Source of the DNA: Dehalococcoidia bacterium
GTDB lineage: Bacteria > Chloroflexota > Dehalococcoidia > Bin125
DNA length: 64,000 bases
Reading direction: 5' to 3'
Assembly (NCBI GenBank): GCA_963663895.2
Contig: CAXXRD010000003.1
Location: forward strand, 128,001-192,000
Below, one piece after another: positions 32,583-40,859 of the stretch. The notes below the pieces were generated by a model. The model did no database searches. It saw only the letters and a list, made by a program, of their open reading frames with translations, and was not told where the DNA came from. Each line of letters opens with the position of its first letter. The stretch's first letter is position 1. The translations under genes were made by a program, and so were the position numbers.

Positions 32583-33638
32583 TTATGCACCGGCCGACTC
32601 GCCGCCCTCGGTGCCGGCAGAGGCGGGAACGAGGAGCGCGTCGACGAAGGCCGCCGGAGCGAAGGGGGCGAGGTCATCAAGACCTTCGCCGATACCGACG
32701 AAGCGCACCGGCAGTCCCAGTTCCCGCGTCACGGCGAAAACGGTGCCGCCCTTGCTGGAACCATCCAGCTTGGCGAGGCAGACGGCGGTCACCCCCACCG
32801 CCTCACGGAAGAGGCGCGCCTGGCTGAGACTGTTGCGGCCGGTGTTGGCGTCGAGCACGAGCAACACTTCGTGGGGGGCGCCCTGCACCCGCCCGGCGAT
32901 CACACGGCGCACCTTGGCCAACTCGGCCATGAGGTTTCTCTTGGTCTGGAGACGGCCGGCTGTGTCGATCAGGACGAGCGCCGCGTCGCGGGCCACGGCC
33001 GCATCAAGCGCATCATAGGTGACGGCGCCGGGATCGGCGCCGGGAGCATGCGCGATCACAGCAGCTCCGACGCGTTCGCCCCAGTGACGCAACTGCTCCA
33101 CCGCGGCGGCGCGGAACGTATCTGCGGCGGCGATGACGACGTCATGGCCCTCGCCGCTGTAGGCGTGAGCCAGCTTCGCAATGGTGGTGGTCTTGCCAGC
33201 GCCGTTCACTCCAACCACAAGCACCACGTGGGGAAAAGGCGGCTCGGGTCGATCTCCCCTCACGACTCCAGGATCCCAGAGGGCGCCGCCAGGGGCGGCC
33301 GGAGAATCGCCGCGGTCGGGCGACCCCAGTAAGGCGATCAGATCATCGCGCAGACGCGCGCGCAGGGCGGCGGCACCGGCAACGTCGGCGGCGCGCAGAC
33401 GCTCGATCAGGAAGGTGGCGGTCGGCACGCCGAGGTCGGCCTCAATGAGGATCTCCTCAAGCTCATCCCAAAGCTCTTCGTTGATCGGACGGCGGCGCAG
33501 CACCGCTCCGATCCGTCCGATGGCGGAGCGGCGGCTGGGAGCGGTCACGCGCTCCATACGGCGCGCCAGCTCGGCCGCCTCGTCCTGCTGCGCTCCCAGG
33601 TCGGACTGGGCGTTACGACCGATGCGGAGCAGCCTCAC
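32583..33638 (-). CDS. ftsY: SRP receptor FtsY
   Basis: GVNGAGKTTT, DTFRAAA, DTAGRL, KLDGSSKGG. Confidence 0.97.
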   Translation of the reverse strand: MRLLRIGRNAQSDLGAQQDEAAELARRMERVTAPSRRSAIGRIGAVLRRRPINEELWDELEEILIEADLGVPTATFLIERLRAADVAGAAALRARLRDDLIALLGSPDRGDSPAAPGGALWDPGVVRGDRPEPPFPHVVLVVGVNGAGKTTTIAKLAHAYSGEGHDVVIAAADTFRAAAVEQLRHWGERVGAAVIAHAPGADPGAVTYDALDAAVARDAALVLIDTAGRLQTKRNLMAELAKVRRVIAGRVQGAPHEVLLVLDANTGRNSLSQARLFREAVGVTAVCLAKLDGSSKGGTVFAVTRELGLPVRFVGIGEGLDDLAPFAPAAFVDALLVPASAGTEGGESAGA

Positions 33639-33664
33639 CGCAGAGCCTCGCCAGCGTCCGCGCG

Positions 33665-36600
33665 CTACTCAGCGAGGTCGAGCTCGGCCAGGCGCACGGA
33701 GAGGACACGGCTCACGGAGTCCTCCCCCATGGTGATGCCGTAGATGGCGTCGGCCTGTTCGATCGTGCGGCGATTATGCGTGATCACGACGAACTGAGTG
33801 CGCTTGGCCAGCTCCTTGAGGGCCGCTACGAAGCGATCGACGTTGGCTTCGTCCAAAGCGGCATCGACCTCGTCGAGGACGCAGAAGGGAGCGGGGTTGA
33901 CTTCCAGCACCGCGAAGAGCAGGGCGATGGCGGTGAGGGCGCGCTCCCCACCGGAGAGCATGGAGAGCGCCTCCACGCGCTTGCCGGGCGGCTGTGCCTC
34001 AAGCTCGACGCCCCCCTGATCCCAGTCGTCGTCCGTGATCGTGAGCTGCGCGTGTCCGCCGCGGAACATCGTCTTGAAGTAGCGCCGAAACTGCTCGTCG
34101 ACTTCCTCGAACGTCGCGCGGAAGGAGACACGGATCAGCCCAGTCAGTTCGGTCTCGATCTCCAGCATGCGGCGCTCAGCAGCTTCGAGGTCGGTGACTT
34201 GGCCACTGAGATAGGCATGCCGTTCGCTGATCTCCTTGTATTCGGCCGCCGCATCAACGTTGACGGTGCCAAGCCGGCGCAGGCGGGCGCGATTCTCTTC
34301 GACCAGCTCGCGCAGATCGTCGTCGGAGAGGCTGGCCATCTCGGGATCGTCGGCGACGGGAACGGGCAGTGATCCAAGGGAGCGCTCCACAGGCGCCTCG
34401 TCCACGGTCGCACCGTTCTCTTGATCTTCGCCCGCCCGCGAAGGAGCGGAAACGTCAGAGCCGCCCTCGACCACGGTGCGCGCGGCGGAGCGGTTCGCGT
34501 ATATCTGAGCGGCGGCGGGAGCGCGCTCCCCCATCCCCACGTCTCCTCGGCCGGGGGACCCCTCGGGAAGTGCGTCCAGCATGAGTATGCGGCCGCGGCC
34601 GTCGACATCGAACCCGTCGGTACGCATCGCTTCACGCAAGCGCTCGCGGGCCGCCTGGCTCTCCCCGAGCGCAGCCTTGGCGTTCAGCAGGGCGCGATCC
34701 GCAGCGAGCAACCCTTTCTGAGCGGCTTGCACGGTCTCGCGACGGGCGCTCTCTATGTCGGCGAGACGGGAAACGGCATCACGGTCCGGGCTAGCGGCGA
34801 GAGTGGCAGCGTGCTCCTCGCGCAGGTGAACGAGGTCGCGCTCGCGCCGGACGGTCTCCTCCGCGATCGCGGCGATCTCATGATCAACCTCTTGCAGCCG
34901 AGCGTTGCGCGCTTGGCGCTGCTCACGCATACGGACTTGGGCGGCGGCGCGGGCGCGCAAGGCCGCTTCGATCGTCTCGTGGCGGCCCGCGAGCGCGCTA
35001 TGGCGGGCCTCCGCCTCTCCGACGATCTGCGCATACTCACGACGGCGGCTGGCGAGCGCTGCGATCGCGGCAAGGGCCGGCCGTCGGCCTTCGATCGCGT
35101 CGATCTCGGCGTTGCGAGTCGCGGCCTCCTGACGGAGGCGCGCCTCTTCCTCCTCGATAGTGGCCAGGCGCGCGCGGGCGCGCGCGGCCTCCGCCTCCAT
35201 ACTCTCGAACTCGCCGCGCAAGCGAAGCGCTTCAGCGCGGCGGCCAGCGGCATCATCGATAGCGGCCGCGCGTTGCTCAGTCGTGTGCTCGGTTTCGGCC
35301 TCGGCGGCGCTGAGCTGGCGCTCGATATCGGCCAACTCGTCTTTCCGCTCTTCGTACTCGGCAGATTGCTGCAGGGATCGTTCGAGATCGGCGATCTCGC
35401 CGGGCAACGACTGCAGCTCACTCTCGCGGGCGAACGAGCTGCTCCTGGCCACCTCACCGCCGATGATGGCGCCGAGCGGACGCAACAGATGGCCTTCGCG
35501 AGTCACCACGCTACTCATCCCCCGCCCAAGGATCTGACGAGCGGCAGGAATGTCCTCCACAACGATGGTGCGACCGAGCACGCTGTCGATGAGGGGGCGA
35601 AAGCGATCGTCGCACTGAACGAGGGCGGATGCCGTGCCGATCACGCCGGACTCGCGCTGGAGCGCGAGCGGGCTTCGGTGCCGCAGCGTATCGAGCGGGA
35701 GCGTGACGATCCGTCCAGCGTGCTCACGCGAGAGCGCATCAATGACTTGGAGCGCTTGCTCGGCGTCATCGAAGACGACGGCATCCACGTAGTCCTCAAG
35801 GGCGGCCTCGATCGCGCGCTCAAGGCCACGGGGAACGCGCATCAAGTGGCGGAGCACGCCGAGCACGCCGGGAATGCCGGTGGGCTCGGCGCCACGGGGC
35901 ACGCCGCGACCGCCGAAGAGGGCGCGCAGCCCTTGGCGCATGCCCTCGCTTTCCGCCTGCATCGCGCGCAGGATCTCGAGTCGGTCACGCGCCGCCTGCA
36001 AGCGCCGCTCACGGGCGGCGCGTGCACTTTCCAAGTTGCGAATGTAGGCGGAAACGGCGTAGTAGCGCTGGACCAAGCCCTCGCGATTCTCGCGCGCTTG
36101 CTTGGCCGCGGCCGCGGCCGCGCTACTGGCCTCCTCGGCGCCCGTAGCGACAGCCTCGGCTTCCTCCAGCGCGGCTTGCATGGTTGATCGGCGCGCCTCC
36201 CCCGTATCGCCGCGAAGGCGCTCGCACTCGGCGGCGATATGATGCAAGCGCGCATCGTCCTCAGCATGAGCGCCACGGAGGCGAGCGAGATCTCCATCGA
36301 CCTCGATCAGCCGACCGCGGACCACTTCCTGCTCCGCATCGACCTGAGCGAGGCGGTCGCGGGCGGCGGTGAGCGCCTCTTCGGCTTCCCCGAGGGACCG
36401 TTCCAAGCTGGGGTCCAGCTCGATGGGGACATCGCGCGACGCTGCCGCGCCGTCGCGATCGAGCGCGCTCAGGTCCCGCCGCAGTTCGGCGGCGCGATCA
36501 GTAAGCAGGCGCCTGCGCTCCTCCGCCAGCGCCTGCTCCTGTTCGAGACGACGGACGTGATCGGCGCGGCGGCGCTGCTCGGCGGCAGCGCGCTCGCTCT

Positions 36601-37444
36601 CGAGGCGCGCAGCGCGTAGCTGGCTCTCGGCTTCCGTCGCCGCCTCTTCGGCATCACTCACGGCTTGCGCGGCGTCGCTCTGCTGGCGCTCGCGGAGTTC
36701 GAAGGTTTCGCGATCGCGCGCGCAACTATTGTCCGTATGCCGCCACTCGCGGCCATACCAGTCCGCGAGGGCACGACGGAGGTCGCGTTGGATCTCGGCA
36801 TGCTTGAGCGCGCGCTTGGCTTGGCGCTCGAGCGTGCGCATGCGCGGCTCGATCTCATCGAGCAGGAGGCGCACCTTGCCAAGATTCTCATGCGCCGCGC
36901 CCCGCTTGCGCTGCGCCTCTTCAATCCTGGCGCGGTGGCGGCGTACGTCGGCGACCTCTTCGATCAACGCACGGCGCTCCTCAGGACGGAGGCGGAGCAC
37001 CTTTTCGACCAGACCTTGGCCCAGGATCGCGTAAGAGCTCGGACCGAGTCCTCCGCGCAGGAAGAGCTCCTGGATGTCGCGCAGGCGCACCCGGCTGTTG
37101 TTGATGAAGAATTCGGAGTCGCCGTTGCGGTGCACACGGCGGGCGACGTTGACCTCGGTGAAGTCGAGCGGCAGCCAGCTGTCCTCGTTGTTGAGGGTAA
37201 TCCTGACCTCCGCCATGCCGGCCGGCGGCCGTTGATCAGAGCCGGCGAAGATCACTTCCTCCAGACGGCGCGTGCGCATCGCCTTGCCACTGTGCTCACC
37301 GAGCACCCAGCGCACGCCGTCCGTGATATTGGACTTGCCGGAGCCGTTGGGGCCAACGACGGCGGTGATCCCGGGATCGATCTCAACCACCGTCTTGCTC
37401 GCGAACGACTTGTACCCCTGGATCTCGATCTGCTTCAGGTGCAC
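33665..37444 (-). CDS. smc: Chromosome segregation protein SMC
   Basis: GTG 37444 HLKQIEIQGYKSFA, GPNGSGKSN, hinge, LSGGE, LDEVDAALD. Confidence 0.97.
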   Translation of the reverse strand: MHLKQIEIQGYKSFASKTVVEIDPGITAVVGPNGSGKSNITDGVRWVLGEHSGKAMRTRRLEEVIFAGSDQRPPAGMAEVRITLNNEDSWLPLDFTEVNVARRVHRNGDSEFFINNSRVRLRDIQELFLRGGLGPSSYAILGQGLVEKVLRLRPEERRALIEEVADVRRHRARIEEAQRKRGAAHENLGKVRLLLDEIEPRMRTLERQAKRALKHAEIQRDLRRALADWYGREWRHTDNSCARDRETFELRERQQSDAAQAVSDAEEAATEAESQLRAARLESERAAAEQRRRADHVRRLEQEQALAEERRRLLTDRAAELRRDLSALDRDGAAASRDVPIELDPSLERSLGEAEEALTAARDRLAQVDAEQEVVRGRLIEVDGDLARLRGAHAEDDARLHHIAAECERLRGDTGEARRSTMQAALEEAEAVATGAEEASSAAAAAAKQARENREGLVQRYYAVSAYIRNLESARAARERRLQAARDRLEILRAMQAESEGMRQGLRALFGGRGVPRGAEPTGIPGVLGVLRHLMRVPRGLERAIEAALEDYVDAVVFDDAEQALQVIDALSREHAGRIVTLPLDTLRHRSPLALQRESGVIGTASALVQCDDRFRPLIDSVLGRTIVVEDIPAARQILGRGMSSVVTREGHLLRPLGAIIGGEVARSSSFARESELQSLPGEIADLERSLQQSAEYEERKDELADIERQLSAAEAETEHTTEQRAAAIDDAAGRRAEALRLRGEFESMEAEAARARARLATIEEEEARLRQEAATRNAEIDAIEGRRPALAAIAALASRRREYAQIVGEAEARHSALAGRHETIEAALRARAAAQVRMREQRQARNARLQEVDHEIAAIAEETVRRERDLVHLREEHAATLAASPDRDAVSRLADIESARRETVQAAQKGLLAADRALLNAKAALGESQAARERLREAMRTDGFDVDGRGRILMLDALPEGSPGRGDVGMGERAPAAAQIYANRSAARTVVEGGSDVSAPSRAGEDQENGATVDEAPVERSLGSLPVPVADDPEMASLSDDDLRELVEENRARLRRLGTVNVDAAAEYKEISERHAYLSGQVTDLEAAERRMLEIETELTGLIRVSFRATFEEVDEQFRRYFKTMFRGGHAQLTITDDDWDQGGVELEAQPPGKRVEALSMLSGGERALTAIALLFAVLEVNPAPFCVLDEVDAALDEANVDRFVAALKELAKRTQFVVITHNRRTIEQADAIYGITMGEDSVSRVLSVRLAELDLAE

Positions 37445-37451
37445 GATCGCA

Positions 37452-38207
37452 TCACCCTTGTGCAGCGGCCGGCGCCAGCGAGCGTAGCGCCGCTTCCGCA
37501 GCCAATTTCTCGGCGGCCTGCTTGCTCTTGCCCTCGCCGGTGGCGAGATCGCGGTCCCGCAAGCGGACCAAGACGGTGAACTCGCGCGCGTGGGCGGGGC
37601 CACGCTCGTCGATCGTGTGATACGTGGGGGCCGCATGCCAGCGACTTTGGCATGCTTCTTGGAGAAGCGTCTTCGGATCACGCTCAAAACCAGCGATGGC
37701 GATGGCGTCAAGCTCGGCGGCGAGCGCGCGAAGGACGAAACGCTGTGCGGACCTGATCCCTCCGTCGATGTAGACGGCGCCGATCAGCGCCTCGAAGGTA
37801 CGACCCAAGATGGCCGGTTGCTCACGCCCGTTCTGCGCGTCGATGCCCTTGCCGAGCACGATGTAGGAACCAAGGCCGTATTGCTCGGCAAGAAGGGCAA
37901 GGGTTTCGTTCCGCACGAGAAGCGATCGCACTTCGGTCAGCCAACCCTCACCCGCCGCAGGATAATCATCATAGAGGCGGCGGGAGATGATCTGATCGAG
38001 AACGGCGTCGCCGAGGAACTCCAAGCGCTCATTCGATTCGAGCAACTCTTGGGGGTTCTCGTTGAGATAGGAACGGTGGAGGAGCGCTTGACGCAGCAAG
38101 GCAGCGTTTTCGAAGCGGTAACCAAGGCGGCGGGTGAGCACGTCGAGTCGCCGGCCACCATGGGCACGCGAGAGGGCTGCAGGGTCGAGAACCATCCCTG
38201 CGGTCAC
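37452..38207 (-). CDS. rnc: Ribonuclease III
   Basis: NERLEFLGDAVL; dsRBD DPKT.LQE, GPAH, SKQAAE. Confidence 0.97.
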   Translation of the reverse strand: MTAGMVLDPAALSRAHGGRRLDVLTRRLGYRFENAALLRQALLHRSYLNENPQELLESNERLEFLGDAVLDQIISRRLYDDYPAAGEGWLTEVRSLLVRNETLALLAEQYGLGSYIVLGKGIDAQNGREQPAILGRTFEALIGAVYIDGGIRSAQRFVLRALAAELDAIAIAGFERDPKTLLQEACQSRWHAAPTYHTIDERGPAHAREFTVLVRLRDRDLATGEGKSKQAAEKLAAEAALRSLAPAAAQG

Positions 38208-38308
38208 GGCCAGGACTCCGAAAGGTTAATCATCAGCCGCTCAGACACATGCGCAGTTTATCTTCCCGTATCGCGGCACTCGATAGCCCGTCATCGCGAG
38301 TCAACATT

Positions 38309-39598
38309 ATGACGCGCGTGCCTCGCGCTTCGAGATCGGATCTGATCGAGCAGATCGAACGCACCTTCACGCACGAAGCGGCGACGCTCACCGGCGCCTG
38401 TGTCGACCAGTCGCAGCGCCACGGGGTGGCGCTCTATCTCGTGGGGGGAGCGCTGCGCGATCTGTTGCGCGGCCAGCCAGGTCCGATGCGCGAGATCGAT
38501 CTGGTCGTGGAGGGCGAGGTTGAAGCCATCGCTCGCGCCGCCGCGCAAGCAAGCAAAGCGGATCTCACGCTCTTTCCCCGCTTCCTGACCGCCCGCCTGC
38601 GGCTCGGCAGCGCGACCGTCGATCTTGCCAGCGCCCGACGCGAGCGCTACCCCGAGCCGGCAGCGTCACCCGTGGTGCGGCCCGCAGCGATCGAGGCCGA
38701 CCTGCCGCGACGGGACTTCAGTGTCAACGCCGTGGCGCTGGCGCTGACAAGCGCGCGCCGGAGCGAACTGTTGGACCCCTGTAGCGGGCTGGGCGACTTA
38801 CGCGCGCGGCGGATCCGTGTGCTGCACACGCGCTCGTTCATCCACGATCCCGCACGCCTCTTGAGAGCCTGCCGCTACGCCGCTCGCTTGGAAGGACGCC
38901 TCTCCCGCGAGACGATGCGGCTGCTGCGGCGCGACGCCAGTGGATTGCAAGGCCTGAGCCAGGAACGCTTCGGAGCAGAGTGGCGCCGACTCTTAGAGGA
39001 CAAGGCCGCAGACGGCGCGCTGCGGCGGGCGGTGGAGTGGGGCTTAACGGAGGCAGCGGTGCCGGGCTGGCGACCGGCACCGCGCCTGCGGCATGCCTGG
39101 GCGCGACTGGGCGGCAAGGAAAGACGCCAGAGCGAGCACTTCTGGGCCCTGCATGGCCTGGTGGAGGAACCAGCCCTGACACAGCGCGCCGCCACGCACT
39201 GTGCGCTGCGACGCAAAGAGCGACAAGCGCTGGAACGCGGCCTGTCCTTGCGACAGCGTCACTCACGGATCGCGGCGCGCTCGCTCGTCCCCAGCGCAGC
39301 GGCGACGTTTCTACGGGGAGAGCCGGAGTCAGTGATCGAGGCTGCTGCGGCCCTATGGACGGGACGCGCGAGGGAGCGGGTGCGGCGGTATCTAGACGCC
39401 TGGCGCGATGTCGAATCGCCGCTGAGCGCCGCGGACCTCGCAGCGCTGGGTCTGTGCGATGCCGCGCTCGGTACTTGGCGCGCCGAGCTCCGCGACGCCG
39501 TGCTCGACGGGGAGCTTTCAGAGGACGCCAGCGGGCGGAGCAGGAAGCAAGCAGCACGAAAGTGGGTGCGCCAAAAAGTAAGGCAACGGGTCGGATAG
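38309..39598 (+). CDS. tRNA nucleotidyltransferase (class II, A-adding-like)
   Basis: LVGGALRD, EIDLVVEG, ARRERYPEP, RRDFSVNA, DPARLLRA. Confidence 0.82.
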   Translation: MTRVPRASRSDLIEQIERTFTHEAATLTGACVDQSQRHGVALYLVGGALRDLLRGQPGPMREIDLVVEGEVEAIARAAAQASKADLTLFPRFLTARLRLGSATVDLASARRERYPEPAASPVVRPAAIEADLPRRDFSVNAVALALTSARRSELLDPCSGLGDLRARRIRVLHTRSFIHDPARLLRACRYAARLEGRLSRETMRLLRRDASGLQGLSQERFGAEWRRLLEDKAADGALRRAVEWGLTEAAVPGWRPAPRLRHAWARLGGKERRQSEHFWALHGLVEEPALTQRAATHCALRRKERQALERGLSLRQRHSRIAARSLVPSAAATFLRGEPESVIEAAAALWTGRARERVRRYLDAWRDVESPLSAADLAALGLCDAALGTWRAELRDAVLDGELSEDASGRSRKQAARKWVRQKVRQRVG

Positions 39599-39626
39599 AA
39601 TCGGGATGCACGGGAAGGCGGGGACG

Positions 39627-39956
39627 ATGACCGGCACGAGCGAGCGCTGCCACGTCTGCGAGGAGGAGTCGGACGACTCCAACTCGGCGTATTGCTCGCA
39701 ATGCGGTCAGCGCTTTCATCTGGTGCTGACGAACACCTCCGACGGCGATGAGGGTGGTGCAACCGGCAAGGACTGTGGTGCCGTCTGGATCAACGACTCC
39801 ACGATGGCATTGGAGTTCAGCTGCCAGCGCTGCCTCGCCCAGATGGACGACAAATCTGCGTCAAGCCGTGAGGTTGCGAACGAGCCTCGCCGGCCGGGGC
39901 GCGCACGCAGGCAATCGGGGAGCGCGCGCGACATCGTGCGGCGCAAGATCGAATAG
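39627..39956 (+). CDS. Small Cys/His zinc-binding protein (C4HC3 pattern)
   Basis: CHVC-x11-CSQC-x4-H-x18-C-x15-CQRC. Confidence 0.75.
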   Translation: MTGTSERCHVCEEESDDSNSAYCSQCGQRFHLVLTNTSDGDEGGATGKDCGAVWINDSTMALEFSCQRCLAQMDDKSASSREVANEPRRPGRARRQSGSARDIVRRKIE

Positions 39957-39959
39957 CGC

Positions 39960-40328
39960 GTGCCGCGTCAGCGTCGCCGGCGTCGACACCGTCCAACGGC
40001 AGCGCGACAGCGCACCGCAGACCCCACCACCGATCCCATAGAGGAGCAGGCTGCGCGGCCGACGGCGGGGGGGAGGCAGCGCGCGTGGTGGCTCCCCACC
40101 GTTGGCGTGTTCACCGCCTTCTTCGCCGGGTTGTGGCTGGGCGGAACGCTCTCGCTCACGGAGACCGTGAGCGCCGGGGCGCTGATCGCGGGAGCGGTGG
40201 GAACGGGAGTCGGGCTCGCCCGGCTCGTGCGGCAGGATCTGATCCGGCGGCGCCAGCGGCAGGCAGCGCTGGACCGGCAACGCGCGCAGGAGGAGCGGGA
40301 CCGGCTGATGCGGGAGCGCGTTCGCTAG
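39960..40328 (+). CDS. Small two-TM membrane protein
   Basis: Two hydrophobic segments flanked by Arg-rich ends; 3 nt after previous stop. Confidence 0.6.
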   Translation: MPRQRRRRRHRPTAARQRTADPTTDPIEEQAARPTAGGRQRAWWLPTVGVFTAFFAGLWLGGTLSLTETVSAGALIAGAVGTGVGLARLVRQDLIRRRQRQAALDRQRAQEERDRLMRERVR

Positions 40329-40337
40329 CACCCTCGC

Positions 40338-40859
40338 TTACGAGAACTCGCGAAGCATCCACGTGCCTTCGCGATCGTCGCCATCGTGACCCAGGGCAAC
40401 GCTGGCGCGCGAGGGCGGAAGCGGACGATAGCCGAGACGCAACCAAAAGTAGAGCGCAACGCCGTTGGCGGCGGATACCCGCACGCGCGCGCGCCCGGCT
40501 CCCGCGCGGACGGCAGCCCGTTCGACCAGCGCGGCGGCGGCGGCGGCGAGGCCGCGCGCGCGCCACGCGGGTGCGACGGCGAGCCAACCCCATATGAGGT
40601 CACCTTGCGTGAGTCGCGCGCTGAGCGCGCCCACGGTACAGGGACCGTCGGACGAGCGGAGATCGATCCAGTAAGCGGCAGTGCCCTCTTGCATCTGGGC
40701 GCGGAGAGCCACGGGGCGCTCCTTGCCCAAGATCTCCTCCTCAGCCGCGGCAAGCCATTCCGGCGGCTCGTCGGTCAAGTCGGCGGGGACGATCGCACGC
40801 AGGCGCAGGCGCTTGGAGCGCAACTGGCGTGGCCATCGTCCCTCCCCTCCACCAGTCAT
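40338..40859 (-). CDS. GNAT N-acetyltransferase
   Basis: VAPAWRARGLA, N..ALYFWLRLGY; ATGA overlap with dinG. Confidence 0.78.
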   Translation of the reverse strand: MTGGGEGRWPRQLRSKRLRLRAIVPADLTDEPPEWLAAAEEEILGKERPVALRAQMQEGTAAYWIDLRSSDGPCTVGALSARLTQGDLIWGWLAVAPAWRARGLAAAAAALVERAAVRAGAGRARVRVSAANGVALYFWLRLGYRPLPPSRASVALGHDGDDREGTWMLREFS

